Below, in pieces: positions 1 through 8,498 of a stretch of DNA of 64,000 nt. How positions within the stretch are numbered: position 1 is the stretch's first letter; each line of letters begins with the position of its first letter. Location: the NCBI GenBank assembly GCA_964446535.1, contig CAYUOR010000002.1, forward strand, positions 43,372 to 107,371. Direction: 5' to 3'. A program made the position numbers and the translations under genes. Under the pieces are notes generated by a model. It did no database searches. It worked only from the letters and a program-made list of their open reading frames with translations, and was not told where the DNA came from. This stretch comes from an uncultured Candidatus Saccharibacteria bacterium (lineage in GTDB: Bacteria; Patescibacteriota; Minisyncoccia; Phycocordibacterales; Zambryskibacteraceae).

Positions 1-330
1 CGCGGCGTGCGTGTTTCAACAGTTATGTCGGAGCTTCGAGGAGAAAAAATCGACATTATTGAATGGTCACCGGAGCCGGCCAAGTTTATAGAAGAAGCCC
101 TCTCCCCCGCCAAAATTCTTAATATAGAAATAAACGAAACCGAAAAGTCAGCCACCGTTAACGTCTCGGAAGATCAACAGTCTCTTGCTATCGGCAAGGG
201 TGGGCAGAATGTCAGACTCGCAGCCAAACTCACCGGTTGGAGAATTGACATACAATCCGCTAAAGGCGAAGAACTCGCCGTCGCCGAAGCGCAGGAGGAG
301 CCCACCAAGAAAGAGGAAAATAGTTTATAA
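1..330 (+). CDS. nusA: Transcription termination/antitermination factor NusA, C-terminal part (5' truncated by window)
   Basis: KH-domain motifs [35 protein letters not shown]. Confidence 0.95.
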   Translation, partial: RGVRVSTVMSELRGEKIDIIEWSPEPAKFIEEALSPAKILNIEINETEKSATVNVSEDQQSLAIGKGGQNVRLAAKLTGWRIDIQSAKGEELAVAEAQEEPTKKEENSL

Positions 331-340
331 TCTGTAGAAT

Positions 341-871
341 ATGAATTTGTGGCACGATCTTAGCCCCGGTACCAAAGACGAAATAAACGTTATCGTCGAG
401 ATAAATCGGGGCTCAAAAAATAAGTTTGAAGTAGATAAAGCAACCGGTCTTATAGCTCTCGATCGGGTGTTATATACGGCGCAAGACTTTCCGTTTGACT
501 ACGGCTTCGTGCCACAGACCCTGTGGCACGATGATGACCCGCTTGATGTCGTGCTTCTCACCACGCACCCGCTTTTACCTGGAGTACTGGTTCGGGCAAG
601 ACCGGTCGCCATTATGAATATGATTGATTCTGGCGAAGGCGACGACAAAATTATTGCCGTTCCCGCTGGTGATCCTCGTTGGGCGAATATTAAAGATCTT
701 AAGGATATTAACCCCCACACGCTTAAAGAAATTGAGCATTTTTACGCAACCTACAAAAAGCTTCAGAACAAAATTGTTGAAGTAAAGGGCTTTAAGGGAA
801 AGGCAGAGGCAGAAAAAGCTTTCGAAGAAGGCTCTCTTCTATATAAGAAGAAATATCAACAGGGCGCATAG
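341..871 (+). CDS. ppa: Soluble inorganic pyrophosphatase (family I)
   Basis: YGFVPQTL..DDDPLDV and D.GEGDDKIIAV motifs. Confidence 0.95.
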   Translation: MNLWHDLSPGTKDEINVIVEINRGSKNKFEVDKATGLIALDRVLYTAQDFPFDYGFVPQTLWHDDDPLDVVLLTTHPLLPGVLVRARPVAIMNMIDSGEGDDKIIAVPAGDPRWANIKDLKDINPHTLKEIEHFYATYKKLQNKIVEVKGFKGKAEAEKAFEEGSLLYKKKYQQGA

Positions 872-931
872 AAGGTTTGCTATAATTAAACTCTTCGGAA
901 ACGGGAGATATTAAGAGCTAAATTAACACTA

Positions 932-1606
932 ATGAATCTTAAGAAAATTGTTGGCGTGACTGTTTTGGTATTCGCTTTTTTACTTTCACCCGTGAGTCAA
1001 GTATTTGGAGTAGAAGCGGAGACTTCAGCCGGAGCGACAGTTACACCGATGAAGGCTCGCTCTCTTGAATTCAGGGCCGAGATGGAAGCAAAGCGATCTG
1101 CCGAGAGAGAAAAAATGGAAGAAAGACGCAACACGATGCAGGACAAACGGGCCTCGACAAGTGATCGAATGCAAGACAAACGAGATAATATGCAGGAGCG
1201 AAAAGCCTCAAGCACCGAGCGTCGAATAGAGTTTCAGCAAAATATAGCTAAACGACAAGTTGAACACGTCTCGAGGGTAATGCGCGCCACCATTGAGCGG
1301 CTTGAAAAGATAATTGTCCGTATCGAGTCTCGCATGGATAAAATCAAAGCAGAAGGAGGAGACACCTCTAGTAGTGAAGAGCATGTAGCTCTAGCTAAAG
1401 CGGATTTACAGGCCGCGGAACTGAAGATTGACGCATTCGTAAACATTGATCTTTCAAGCGATAAGGCCAAAGACAATTTTGAACGAGTTCGTTCTGCCGC
1501 TAAAGAAGTGAAAGATCTTATACATTCGGCGAGGGAGCATCTCTCAGATGCGGTAAGGTCAATTGTTCCCGCCAAAGCCAATGTAGAGGTTGAAGTATCG
1601 AATTAA
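932..1606 (+). CDS. Secreted coiled-coil hypothetical protein
   Basis: N-terminal signal peptide, charged helical body with short MQ(D/E)(K/R) repeats; TGCTATAAT promoter-like element at ~878. Confidence 0.75.
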   Translation: MNLKKIVGVTVLVFAFLLSPVSQVFGVEAETSAGATVTPMKARSLEFRAEMEAKRSAEREKMEERRNTMQDKRASTSDRMQDKRDNMQERKASSTERRIEFQQNIAKRQVEHVSRVMRATIERLEKIIVRIESRMDKIKAEGGDTSSSEEHVALAKADLQAAELKIDAFVNIDLSSDKAKDNFERVRSAAKEVKDLIHSAREHLSDAVRSIVPAKANVEVEVSN

Positions 1607-1632
1607 AAGATATAACCGATAACGCATCAATT

Positions 1633-1899
1633 ATGGATGGAGAACAAAATAATCCGAATCAGGGAGGAGAAAAAAATGGTTCTGGTCTGAAAATAGCAGC
1701 CGCTGTTATCTTGGTAATCGTTGTGCTTGCCGGGCTTTATTTCTGGAGCCAGCGATCGGGTGACGAAGCGACGGAGGTTAAAGATGGGGCGGTAGAATCA
1801 ATTCTGGAGCAGAGTGATTCTGATGATGTCGATTCAATCGAAGCCGACCTAGAGTCAACCGACATCGACAACCTTGATGCCGAATTTAACGCCTCCTAA
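1633..1899 (+). CDS. Small single-TM acidic hypothetical protein
   Basis: One hydrophobic helix followed by an acidic tail (SDDVDSIEADLESTDIDNLD). Confidence 0.75.
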   Translation: MDGEQNNPNQGGEKNGSGLKIAAAVILVIVVLAGLYFWSQRSGDEATEVKDGAVESILEQSDSDDVDSIEADLESTDIDNLDAEFNAS

Positions 1900-1922
1900 G
1901 CACGAGCTTTTCTAAGGCCGAG

Positions 1923-1952
1923 AAGAGCCCCGAGTTGCACTCGCGGGCTCTT
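1923..1952 (+). terminator. Intrinsic terminator-like hairpin
   Basis: AAGAGCCCCGAG...CTCGCGGGCTCTT inverted repeat after the ORF. Confidence 0.6.
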
Positions 1953-1969
1953 TCGTATACGCTAGTCGC

Positions 1970-2545
1970 ATGAGTTATCTTATTCCAACTGTTATTGAGA
2001 AAAGCCAATTCGGTGAAAGAGCTTACGACATATACTCGCGCCTATTGCGTGAAAGAATTGTTTTTTTGGGCGGACCGATTGATGATGCCGTTGCCAATAC
2101 GGTTATTGCCCAACTGCTTTTTCTCGAATCGGAGGATCCCAAAAAAGATATTTCTCTCTACATAAATTCTCCTGGGGGGCACGTTCACTCTGGTCTCGCT
2201 ATTATCGATACTATGAATCATGTAAAACCAGACATCTCAACGCTCTGTGTCGGCATGGCCGCTTCCATGGGTGCCCATATTCTTGCTGCTGGGAAAAAAG
2301 GCAAGCGCTTCACCCTCAGTAACTCACAAATTATGATTCACCAACCCCATGGTGGAGCCGAAGGTCAGGCATCCGACATCGAGATAAACGCGCGACAAAT
2401 TCTCAAACTTCGCGAAAATCTTAATAAAATGCTTGCTAAAAATACTGGGCAACCTCTCTCTAGGATAGAAAAGGATGTTGACAGAGACTTCTTTATGGAT
2501 GCCGAAGAAGCAAAAAAGTACGGCATTATAGACAAGATTCTTTAA
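1970..2545 (+). CDS. clpP: ATP-dependent Clp protease proteolytic subunit
   Basis: [22 protein letters not shown] (Ser), MIHQP (His), DRD (Asp). Confidence 0.97.
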   Translation: MSYLIPTVIEKSQFGERAYDIYSRLLRERIVFLGGPIDDAVANTVIAQLLFLESEDPKKDISLYINSPGGHVHSGLAIIDTMNHVKPDISTLCVGMAASMGAHILAAGKKGKRFTLSNSQIMIHQPHGGAEGQASDIEINARQILKLRENLNKMLAKNTGQPLSRIEKDVDRDFFMDAEEAKKYGIIDKIL

Positions 2546-2651
2546 AAGTAGTAGACTAAATTTGTTCACATTTGAAAAGTTTCGCCCCAGGGCGAATGAA
2601 ACCGTTTCCGCTACAGAACTACAGTAACGACCGACTAACCCCAATACGTTT

Positions 2652-4181
2652 ATGTCCGTAAAACTTGCTTTATTGCTTGCATTGCTTGCCGCGTCGGCCG
2701 GTATCGGCTTCGGCTATTTCTTGCGCATTTTAATCTCCTTGGGCCGCAAGGGCTCTATGGAGCTCGACATAAAACAAATGGAGCTTGCCTCAAAGGAAGA
2801 GGCTCAACGCATTTTAGAGGTAGCGGAAACTCGTAGCAAAGAGATTCTAGAGAGGGCTCAAAGAGAATTTAGAGAACGCGAAGACAGAACCAAAAAGATC
2901 GAAGACAGACTGGTTAAAAAAGAGGAAGTTTTAGACAAACGCCAGTCGGATTTAGAACAGGAAGCCCTAAATGCCAAGAAAAAAGCCGCAGAATTAGCGG
3001 AGTTAAAAGTAAAAATAGAACAACTTGTAAAAGAACGCGAACATGAACTCGCGAAGGTGGCAGGATTGTCTCGGGTGGAAGCCAAGAAGGAACTCATGAA
3101 ACTAGTGGAAAAGGAAGCCGAAGAGGATATTCTCATTAGGACCAAAAAACTAGAAGCCGAAAGTAACGAGCGTTTGGAAAATCGTGCCAAGGAAATTCTC
3201 GCCACCGCCATCCAGAGACTCGCCGTCTCGACGGCAAGCAATTTAATGGGTACAACCATTACCCTACCCTCAGACGAGATAAAGGGAAAGATTATCGGTA
3301 AAGAAGGCAGGAATATTAAGGCCTTCGAACGGGCAACTGGCGTTGAAGTAATAGTTGATGACACGCCAAACTCTATCACCCTCTCTTCTTTTGACCCGGT
3401 TCGTCGAGCCATGGCCCGCTTGGCACTAGAAAATCTAATATCAGACGGACGAATTCAGCCTGCAAAAATTGAAGAATTTGTTGAAAAAGCCGACGAAGAA
3501 ATAAATAAAATTATTAAAGAAAAAGGAGAACAGGCAGCCATCGATTGCGGAGTCTACAACCTGGATCCGAAACTTATATCTCTACTTGGACGCCTGCACT
3601 TTCGCACGAGTTACGGTCAGAATGTTTTGGACCACTCTATTGAAATGGCGCACATTGCGGGCATCATAGCCAAGGAACTTGGCGTCGATGTCGCCACGGC
3701 CAAAGCCGGAGCTCTCCTACACGACATAGGCAAGGCGCTTGACCATGAGGTGGCCGGTACACACGTTGAAATCGGTAGAAAAATTTTGGACAAGTTCAAC
3801 GTGCCTAAGGCAGTAATCCAGGCCATGCAGTCACATCACGAAGAATATCCATACGAGACCATAGAATCGGTTATTGTTCAGACCGCGGACACTATTTCCG
3901 CCGGAAGACCAGGTGCTCGTCGCGATACGGCCGAACGCTATCTTAAGCGCCTTGAAGAACTTGAGGCGATAGCTCTTTCCTTCGAAGGAGTCGAGAAAGC
4001 CTATGCCCTATCAGCCGGGCGTGAAATTCGAGTTTTTGTTTTCCCCGACAAAGTTTCAGATCTCGAGGCCCAAAAGCTTGCAAGAAATATTGCCACAAGA
4101 ATCGAAAGTGAGCTTAAATATCCGGGAGAAATCAGGGTGAATGTCATAAGAGAGACCCGCTCCATAGAATTTGCTCGCTAA
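2652..4181 (+). CDS. rny: Ribonuclease Y
   Basis: N-terminal TM, coiled coil, KH (KGKIIGKEGRNI), HD domain (LLHDIGK). Confidence 0.96.
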   Translation: MSVKLALLLALLAASAGIGFGYFLRILISLGRKGSMELDIKQMELASKEEAQRILEVAETRSKEILERAQREFREREDRTKKIEDRLVKKEEVLDKRQSDLEQEALNAKKKAAELAELKVKIEQLVKEREHELAKVAGLSRVEAKKELMKLVEKEAEEDILIRTKKLEAESNERLENRAKEILATAIQRLAVSTASNLMGTTITLPSDEIKGKIIGKEGRNIKAFERATGVEVIVDDTPNSITLSSFDPVRRAMARLALENLISDGRIQPAKIEEFVEKADEEINKIIKEKGEQAAIDCGVYNLDPKLISLLGRLHFRTSYGQNVLDHSIEMAHIAGIIAKELGVDVATAKAGALLHDIGKALDHEVAGTHVEIGRKILDKFNVPKAVIQAMQSHHEEYPYETIESVIVQTADTISAGRPGARRDTAERYLKRLEELEAIALSFEGVEKAYALSAGREIRVFVFPDKVSDLEAQKLARNIATRIESELKYPGEIRVNVIRETRSIEFAR

Positions 4182-4285
4182 TCGTCCATACGGGCGACCC
4201 GTAGCGCGCCTTGGCTGGTTATTATATAATTCTTGGCGAGTCCAAGGGTAGGTTATAAGTAAATTATTAGGTAAATTAGAGACTA

Positions 4286-4558
4286 ATGAATAAGGTAGAT
4301 ATTGCAAATGCAGTGCACGCGAAACTCGGCGGCACGAAGGTACAAGCCGAAGAAGTCGTAGACACAGTCATCGACTCAATCGTTTCGACCCTTAAGAAAG
4401 GGGGCGAAGTTTCAATTGCTGGTCTCGGGATCTTTTCAACCAAGGTTCGCGCCGCACGTCAGGCGAGAAATCCACGCACCGGCGCAACCATATCTGTTCC
4501 CTCCATGCGAGTACCGAAGTTTCGTCCAGCCAAGGGTCTTAAAGAGGCGGTTAAATAA
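4286..4558 (+). CDS. hup: DNA-binding protein HU
   Basis: MNK.., G.G.F, ARNPRTG, PKF.P.K.LK motifs. Confidence 0.95.
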   Translation: MNKVDIANAVHAKLGGTKVQAEEVVDTVIDSIVSTLKKGGEVSIAGLGIFSTKVRAARQARNPRTGATISVPSMRVPKFRPAKGLKEAVK

Positions 4559-4579
4559 TTTCTCCTCTCGCCTCAAACA

Positions 4580-4605
4580 AAAATCCCGCTTTAAGCGGGA
4601 TTTTT
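4580..4605. terminator. Bidirectional terminator
   Basis: AAAATCCCGC-TTTAA-GCGGGATTTTT between convergent genes. Confidence 0.75.
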
Positions 4606-4617
4606 CGTCATAATAAT

Positions 4618-6093
4618 TTATTCCACCCGATACTCGTCCCTGATCTTCTCTATCTCTTTTTCTTCTTCGGTTTGGTTTTTAGCACGAGCTTCCTGACCGA
4701 GGCGATCTAATTCTCCGGCTTCAAGGGTGTGTAACTCAAGCACTCTTTTTTCCAAATAAGTTTTATCGTTGAGTTTTGGATTTTCCAGCACTTCCGACAA
4801 AAGAATTTCGAGTATGAAACCGATTTTTGGACCAGGTCCGGAGCTTGTTAGTTTCATAATATCAGCACCATTGATTTGCAATTGTTTGACGGAAATCGGA
4901 TCACGTAAAACTTCTTCAATCATAGATTTATACTTACGTAAGCGGTACGGAGTCTCTTTTGGTCGGCCGGTGCCGACGCGATCCGAGGTGCGTAGACTAA
5001 TCAGGTCCCAAATTAGGTCTTTCCCCACGTTTCTTACTATTCGCCGGACGGCACTGGGTGTTATTTTTTCCGTATCAGAAAAAAACATGTGCCAGCGCAC
5101 AAGCTTAGTGGCCTTATCAACAGTTTCTTTTGGAAATTTCAAATTATCCATAATTTGTCTTGCCATTTTCGCCCCGACAACTTCGTGACCATAGAAGGTC
5201 CACTGATTATTTTTCCAGACCCGCGTATGCGGCTTAGCCACATCGTGAAGTAGGGCCGCCAAGCGAACATGGGGCGGAAAATTTTTCTTAGCGGCATGGT
5301 TAAGGGTGCGTAAAATATGTTCCCAGACGGTATAGGCGTGGGCTTGGTTTTGCTCCATACCTATTCCCTTCTCAAATTCTGGAGAAATAAATTTAAGCAC
5401 CCCAAGGCGGGCCGCCATATCTAGAGCCACCGCCGGCTCTTCAGAAAGAATAATTTTGATAAATTCGTCGCGAATACGTTCTCGCGATACGTGTGACAGG
5501 AGCTCTCTATTTTTAGCAATGGCGTTTTGTGTTTCAAGCTCAATGGCAAAGTTGAGCTCGCTTGCTAGACGAAGCGCTCGGAACATTCTGAGCGCATCTT
5601 CGCCGAAACGCTCTTCGGGCTTGCCTACCGTTCGAATGAGTTTCTTCGTTAGATCTTTCTCTCCACCGAAGGGATCAATCAGTGTTTCAGTTTTAATTTC
5701 ATACGCCATAGCGTTTATAGTAAAGTCGCGCCTAGCCAAATCTTCTTCAATAGTTTTTCCCCATCTGACACTATCTGGTCGACGAAAATCTGAGTAACCG
5801 GACTCGAGCCTAAAGGGAGTTATCTCTATTGTCCTTAGTGTCTCGTCTTGAGTTTCTTCGTTTACTACTCCGACTGTGCCAAACTCGTTTTCATAAAACG
5901 TTTTTGGAAAAATCTTTATGATTTCTTCCGGTGTTGCGCTGGTAGCAAGGTCCCAGTCCTTGGGCGTTCGACCAAGTATCAAGTCTCGAACACAACCGCC
6001 GACAAGAAAGTTCTCAAATCCGGCACGAGAAAGTTCTTCAGAGACCTCTCTTACTTCGTTCGGGATATTAAACAGATGTTTATCTTTCTTCAT
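4618..6093 (-). CDS. cca: CCA tRNA nucleotidyltransferase (class II, HD domain)
   Basis: LVGGCVRD...DWD, DLARRDFTINAMA, EDALRM.R, LLHDVAK. Confidence 0.9.
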   Translation of the reverse strand: MKKDKHLFNIPNEVREVSEELSRAGFENFLVGGCVRDLILGRTPKDWDLATSATPEEIIKIFPKTFYENEFGTVGVVNEETQDETLRTIEITPFRLESGYSDFRRPDSVRWGKTIEEDLARRDFTINAMAYEIKTETLIDPFGGEKDLTKKLIRTVGKPEERFGEDALRMFRALRLASELNFAIELETQNAIAKNRELLSHVSRERIRDEFIKIILSEEPAVALDMAARLGVLKFISPEFEKGIGMEQNQAHAYTVWEHILRTLNHAAKKNFPPHVRLAALLHDVAKPHTRVWKNNQWTFYGHEVVGAKMARQIMDNLKFPKETVDKATKLVRWHMFFSDTEKITPSAVRRIVRNVGKDLIWDLISLRTSDRVGTGRPKETPYRLRKYKSMIEEVLRDPISVKQLQINGADIMKLTSSGPGPKIGFILEILLSEVLENPKLNDKTYLEKRVLELHTLEAGELDRLGQEARAKNQTEEEKEIEKIRDEYRVE

Positions 6094-6109
6094 TTGAGTT
6101 GAATTAGAT

Positions 6110-6184
6110 TGGTGCCCCCAGCAGGAATCGAACCCACATCACCTGTTCCGAAGACAGGCACTTTATCCATTAAGCTATGGGGGC
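6110..6184 (-). tRNA. tRNA-Arg(UCG), CCA encoded
   Basis: Cloverleaf GCCCCCA...; anticodon arm CCTGT-CT TCG GA-ACAGG; GGTTCGATTCC; ends ACCA. Confidence 0.93.
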
Positions 6185-6212
6185 TAAAGTAATGTTACAA
6201 GGGATTTTCGAG

Positions 6213-6283
6213 TGCGACTAGGGAGAATCGAACTCCCATCTCGTCCTTGGCAAGGACGCATTCTACCACTAAACCATAGTCGC
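6213..6283 (-). tRNA. tRNA-Gly(GCC), no encoded CCA
   Basis: GCGACTA..; CGTCC-TT GCC AA-GGACG; GTTCGATTC. Confidence 0.93.
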
Positions 6284-6327
6284 AGGTGAGAAAGATAATA
6301 ACGTATTAGGAGAAAAAAATCGAGATT

Positions 6328-6355
6328 TTGAAATGACTTTATCGCATGCTAGGAT
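6328..6355 (+). promoter_or_regulatory. Sigma70-type promoter of the tRNA-Pro/Gly operon
   Basis: TTGAAA-N16-TAGGAT with TGn extension; implied start ~6362-6364. Confidence 0.55.
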
Positions 6356-6362
6356 AGACGCT

Positions 6363-6437
6363 TACGGGCTGTACGAGTACATCAGCCCGATCACTCAGAA
6401 TAAAAAGTTATGCCAGCATAACTTTTGTCCTTCGTTA
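6363..6437 (+). repeat. 73-bp-period tRNA leader element, copy 1 (minihelix + hairpin)
   Basis: TACGGGCTGTA at 6363 and 6436; CGGGCTG..CAGCCCGA minihelix; AAAAGTTATG-CCAG-CATAACTTTT hairpin. Confidence 0.8.
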
Positions 6438-6508
6438 CGGGCTGTAGTACAGCGGTAGTATACACGCTTCGGGAGTGTGAGACCCGAGTTCGATTCTCGG
6501 CAGCCCGA
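6438..6508 (+). tRNA. tRNA-Pro(CGG)
   Basis: CGGGCTG/CAGCCCG-A acceptor; CACGC-TT CGG GA-GTGTG; GTTCGATTC. Confidence 0.93.
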
Positions 6509-6532
6509 TGCCAAGTTTGGAAAAAATCTAGT

Positions 6533-6603
6533 CGGGCCGTAGTATATCGGTAGTATGCATGCTTTGGGAGCATGAGGGCCGAGTTCGATTCTCGGCGGCC
6601 CGA
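6533..6603 (+). tRNA. tRNA-Pro(UGG)
   Basis: CGGGCCG/CGGCCCG-A; CATGC-TT TGG GA-GCATG. Confidence 0.93.
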
Positions 6604-6614
6604 AAGAAAAAATG

Positions 6615-6689
6615 TACGGGCTGTATGAATACATCAGCCCGAGCGTTCGGAATGAATATCAAAGCTCGCTTTGCTATTATTCCTCACTA
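6615..6689 (+). repeat. 73-bp-period tRNA leader element, copy 2
   Basis: TACGGGCTGTA at 6615 and 6688; same minihelix; GGAATGAATATCAAAGC-TC-GCTTTGCTATTATTCC hairpin. Confidence 0.8.
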
Positions 6690-6760
6690 CGGGCTGTAGT
6701 ATAACGGTAGTATCTGCCCATGGGGTGGGTAAGGCCCGGGTTCAATTCCCGGCAGCCCGA
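6690..6760 (+). tRNA. tRNA-Pro(GGG)
   Basis: CGGGCTG/CAGCCCG-A; TGCCC-AT GGG GT-GGGTA; GGTTCAATTCC. Confidence 0.92.
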
Positions 6761-6765
6761 AAGAA

Positions 6766-6836
6766 GCGGGATTAGTTTAGTGGCAAAACGACAGTTTTCC
6801 AAACTGTAGTTGGGAGTTCGATTCTCCCATCCCGCA
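6766..6836 (+). tRNA. tRNA-Gly(UCC)
   Basis: GCGGGAT/ATCCCGC-A; ACAGT-TT TCC AA-ACTGT. Confidence 0.93.
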
Positions 6837-6846
6837 CTTTTTCCCT

Positions 6847-7257
6847 CTAAATAACGATATTTTCAAGTATTTCCGCTCGTGCGATTCTATTTTTCTCATC
6901 AATTTTGACCGTAATAAGATCAAGCTGCCATTCTGAGTCAATGTTTTTTTCTAAGAGATAACTTTGTATAGCTCGGTGAAGGCGCCTTATTTTCCAGTGG
7001 TGCATGTTATCTTCCGGCCTAAATTCACCCCTTCTAGTTTCATCAGAAACTTTTTTGTTTAAAGTTACACGAGAAACACTTTTTACTTCAATAAAGTGAA
7101 TAATTCCCTGTTTTTCAGCAACAATGTCTATTTCACCCCACTTTCTTAGGTAATTTCTATCTTTTATCTTAAATTCAAGTTTTTCTAAAAATCTACAAGC
7201 AATATTTTCTCCTATATCACCTAATTTACGTTTACTGGTTCTTTTATCTTCTTCCAT
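6847..7257 (-). CDS. yraN: YraN/UPF0102 family PD-(D/E)xK nuclease-like protein
   Basis: G..GE..A..FL, RNY...GEIDIVA, FIEVKS. Confidence 0.9.
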   Translation of the reverse strand: MEEDKRTSKRKLGDIGENIACRFLEKLEFKIKDRNYLRKWGEIDIVAEKQGIIHFIEVKSVSRVTLNKKVSDETRRGEFRPEDNMHHWKIRRLHRAIQSYLLEKNIDSEWQLDLITVKIDEKNRIARAEILENIVI

Positions 7258-7259
7258 AA

Positions 7260-7415
7260 CTATAAAAGTTTCATATGAAACATATAAGTCAAAAAATCAT
7301 CAAAATTAAGGACATTTGACCTATTATACATAAAAATATGTCTCTTAATACACATCATCCACACAATTATCCACAATTTCAAGCATTTTTTGAAATTCTG
7401 TATTAAGGACAAACA
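7260..7415. other. Candidate replication origin (AT-rich tract plus DnaA boxes)
   Basis: TTATCCACA 7367 (perfect), TCATCCACA 7355, TAATACACA 7346, TTATACATA 7324; further boxes at 7697 and 8523. Confidence 0.55.
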
Positions 7416-7622
7416 AAAACCACCGCGGGTTTATGCGGTGGCTTGCCACGCCTGTATCGTGGCAGAAGGTAATTCCAGGGCAGTGTGTTGGGTGAACGGA
7501 CGCATTCAACCCAAAAAATAAAGTTGGCGGTTCGTCATCCTCACGCCGACACCAGAGACCAGAATTATCTTCCGGCAATTGGAACGGCCTTCCAAGAACC
7601 AATGCCAGGCTTCAAACCGCAA
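7411..7622 (-). ncRNA. Unassigned ~200-nt structured RNA with its own promoter and terminator
   Basis: TAGACG-N16-TATTCT (TGn) upstream; five or six hairpins; CCACCGC-ATAAACCC-GCGGTGG-TTTTT terminator; GC-rich island within AT-rich DNA. Confidence 0.65.
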
Positions 7623-7727
7623 TTAGAGAATAGCAGATGTCCACCAAGCGTCTAATGACATTCTACCCGATAAAGGACAAATATTAAATAAGAAAATGTG
7701 GATATCTTTGTCCTTTATTTTATGGCT

Positions 7728-8498
7728 CTATTTAAGGGTTAATTTTACTGGACAGTGATCAGAACCAAAAATATTGTCTAATATTTCTATTGATTTAATC
7801 TTCTCTAACATTTCCGGAGAAGCGAAAAAATAGTCTATTCTCCAACCGACATTTCGTTCCCTAGCAAATGTTTTCATATCCCAGTATGTATAAGCTTCTT
7901 TTTTGTCAGGAAAAAAGTGACGAAAAACATCCACCCAGCCATAAGAGACAAGTTTATCCACCCAGGCTCTCTCTATTGGTAGAAAGCCTACGTGAGCTTC
8001 ATTTTCCTTGGGCCTTGCTAGGTCTATGGGTTTATGAGCCACATTAACATCTCCACAAAACACGATATTTGGTTGTTTCTCGTGTAACTTATTTACAAAA
8101 TCTAGGAAATAGTCATAGAAATCAAGCTTATATCTAAGACGCTCAGGTGGACCACCTCCATTAGGAAAATACACGTTAATAAGTATAAAATCCTTATATT
8201 CAGCCACAATAAGACGCCCCTCCTCATCTAATTTCTTTATTTTCATGTCACGTGAAACGTTTTTTGGCTCTTCTTTAGAATAAATAGCCACCCCGCTATA
8301 ACCCTTCTTCTGGCTAGGGTAGTGGAAATATGAAAAATAACCCCCAGGTTTGCGCAACTCGTCTGTTAGTTGTTCCGGCAAAGCCTTTGTTTCCTGGAGG
8401 CAGAGAATGTCTGGTTTCATGTCAAACACTTTTTGCATATAGCCGTTTCTGTGTGTCGCCCGCAGCCCATTCACATTCCAGGTGATAAGAGTTTTCAT
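7728..8498 (-). CDS. xth: Exodeoxyribonuclease III / AP endonuclease
   Basis: TWNVNGLR, LQETK, GYSGVA, YFPNG, GDVNVAH, GWRIDY, SDHCP. Confidence 0.95.
   Translation of the reverse strand: MKTLITWNVNGLRATHRNGYMQKVFDMKPDILCLQETKALPEQLTDELRKPGGYFSYFHYPSQKKGYSGVAIYSKEEPKNVSRDMKIKKLDEEGRLIVAEYKDFILINVYFPNGGGPPERLRYKLDFYDYFLDFVNKLHEKQPNIVFCGDVNVAHKPIDLARPKENEAHVGFLPIERAWVDKLVSYGWVDVFRHFFPDKKEAYTYWDMKTFARERNVGWRIDYFFASPEMLEKIKSIEILDNIFGSDHCPVKLTLK

Larger units (their letters stand above)
7036..8259. promoter_or_regulatory. Cluster of parS-like 16-bp palindromes
   Basis: AGTTTCATCAGAAACT 7036, AGTTACACGAGAAACA 7063, AGTTTCATATGAAACA 7267, TGTTTCTCGTGTAACT 8074, CATGTCACGTGAAACG 8244 versus consensus TGTTTCACGTGAAACA. 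Confidence 0.7.

Noticed and set aside
6391-6634. Minus-strand ORFs of 60 and 79 aa
   Set aside because: They are antisense translations of tRNA-Pro genes.
6363-6700. TACGGGCTGTA repeats as a CRISPR array
   Set aside because: The repeats are tRNA 5' ends and their copies, too short and irregularly spaced, and no cas genes are present.
7345-7602. 85-aa minus-strand ORF
   Set aside because: It runs through a terminator and DnaA boxes with no recognisable motif; base-pairing explains the sequence better.
7411-7622. Identity as RNase P, SRP RNA or retron msr-msd
   Set aside because: No GAGGAAAGUC P4 motif, no SRP helix-8 motif on either strand, and no reverse transcriptase nearby.
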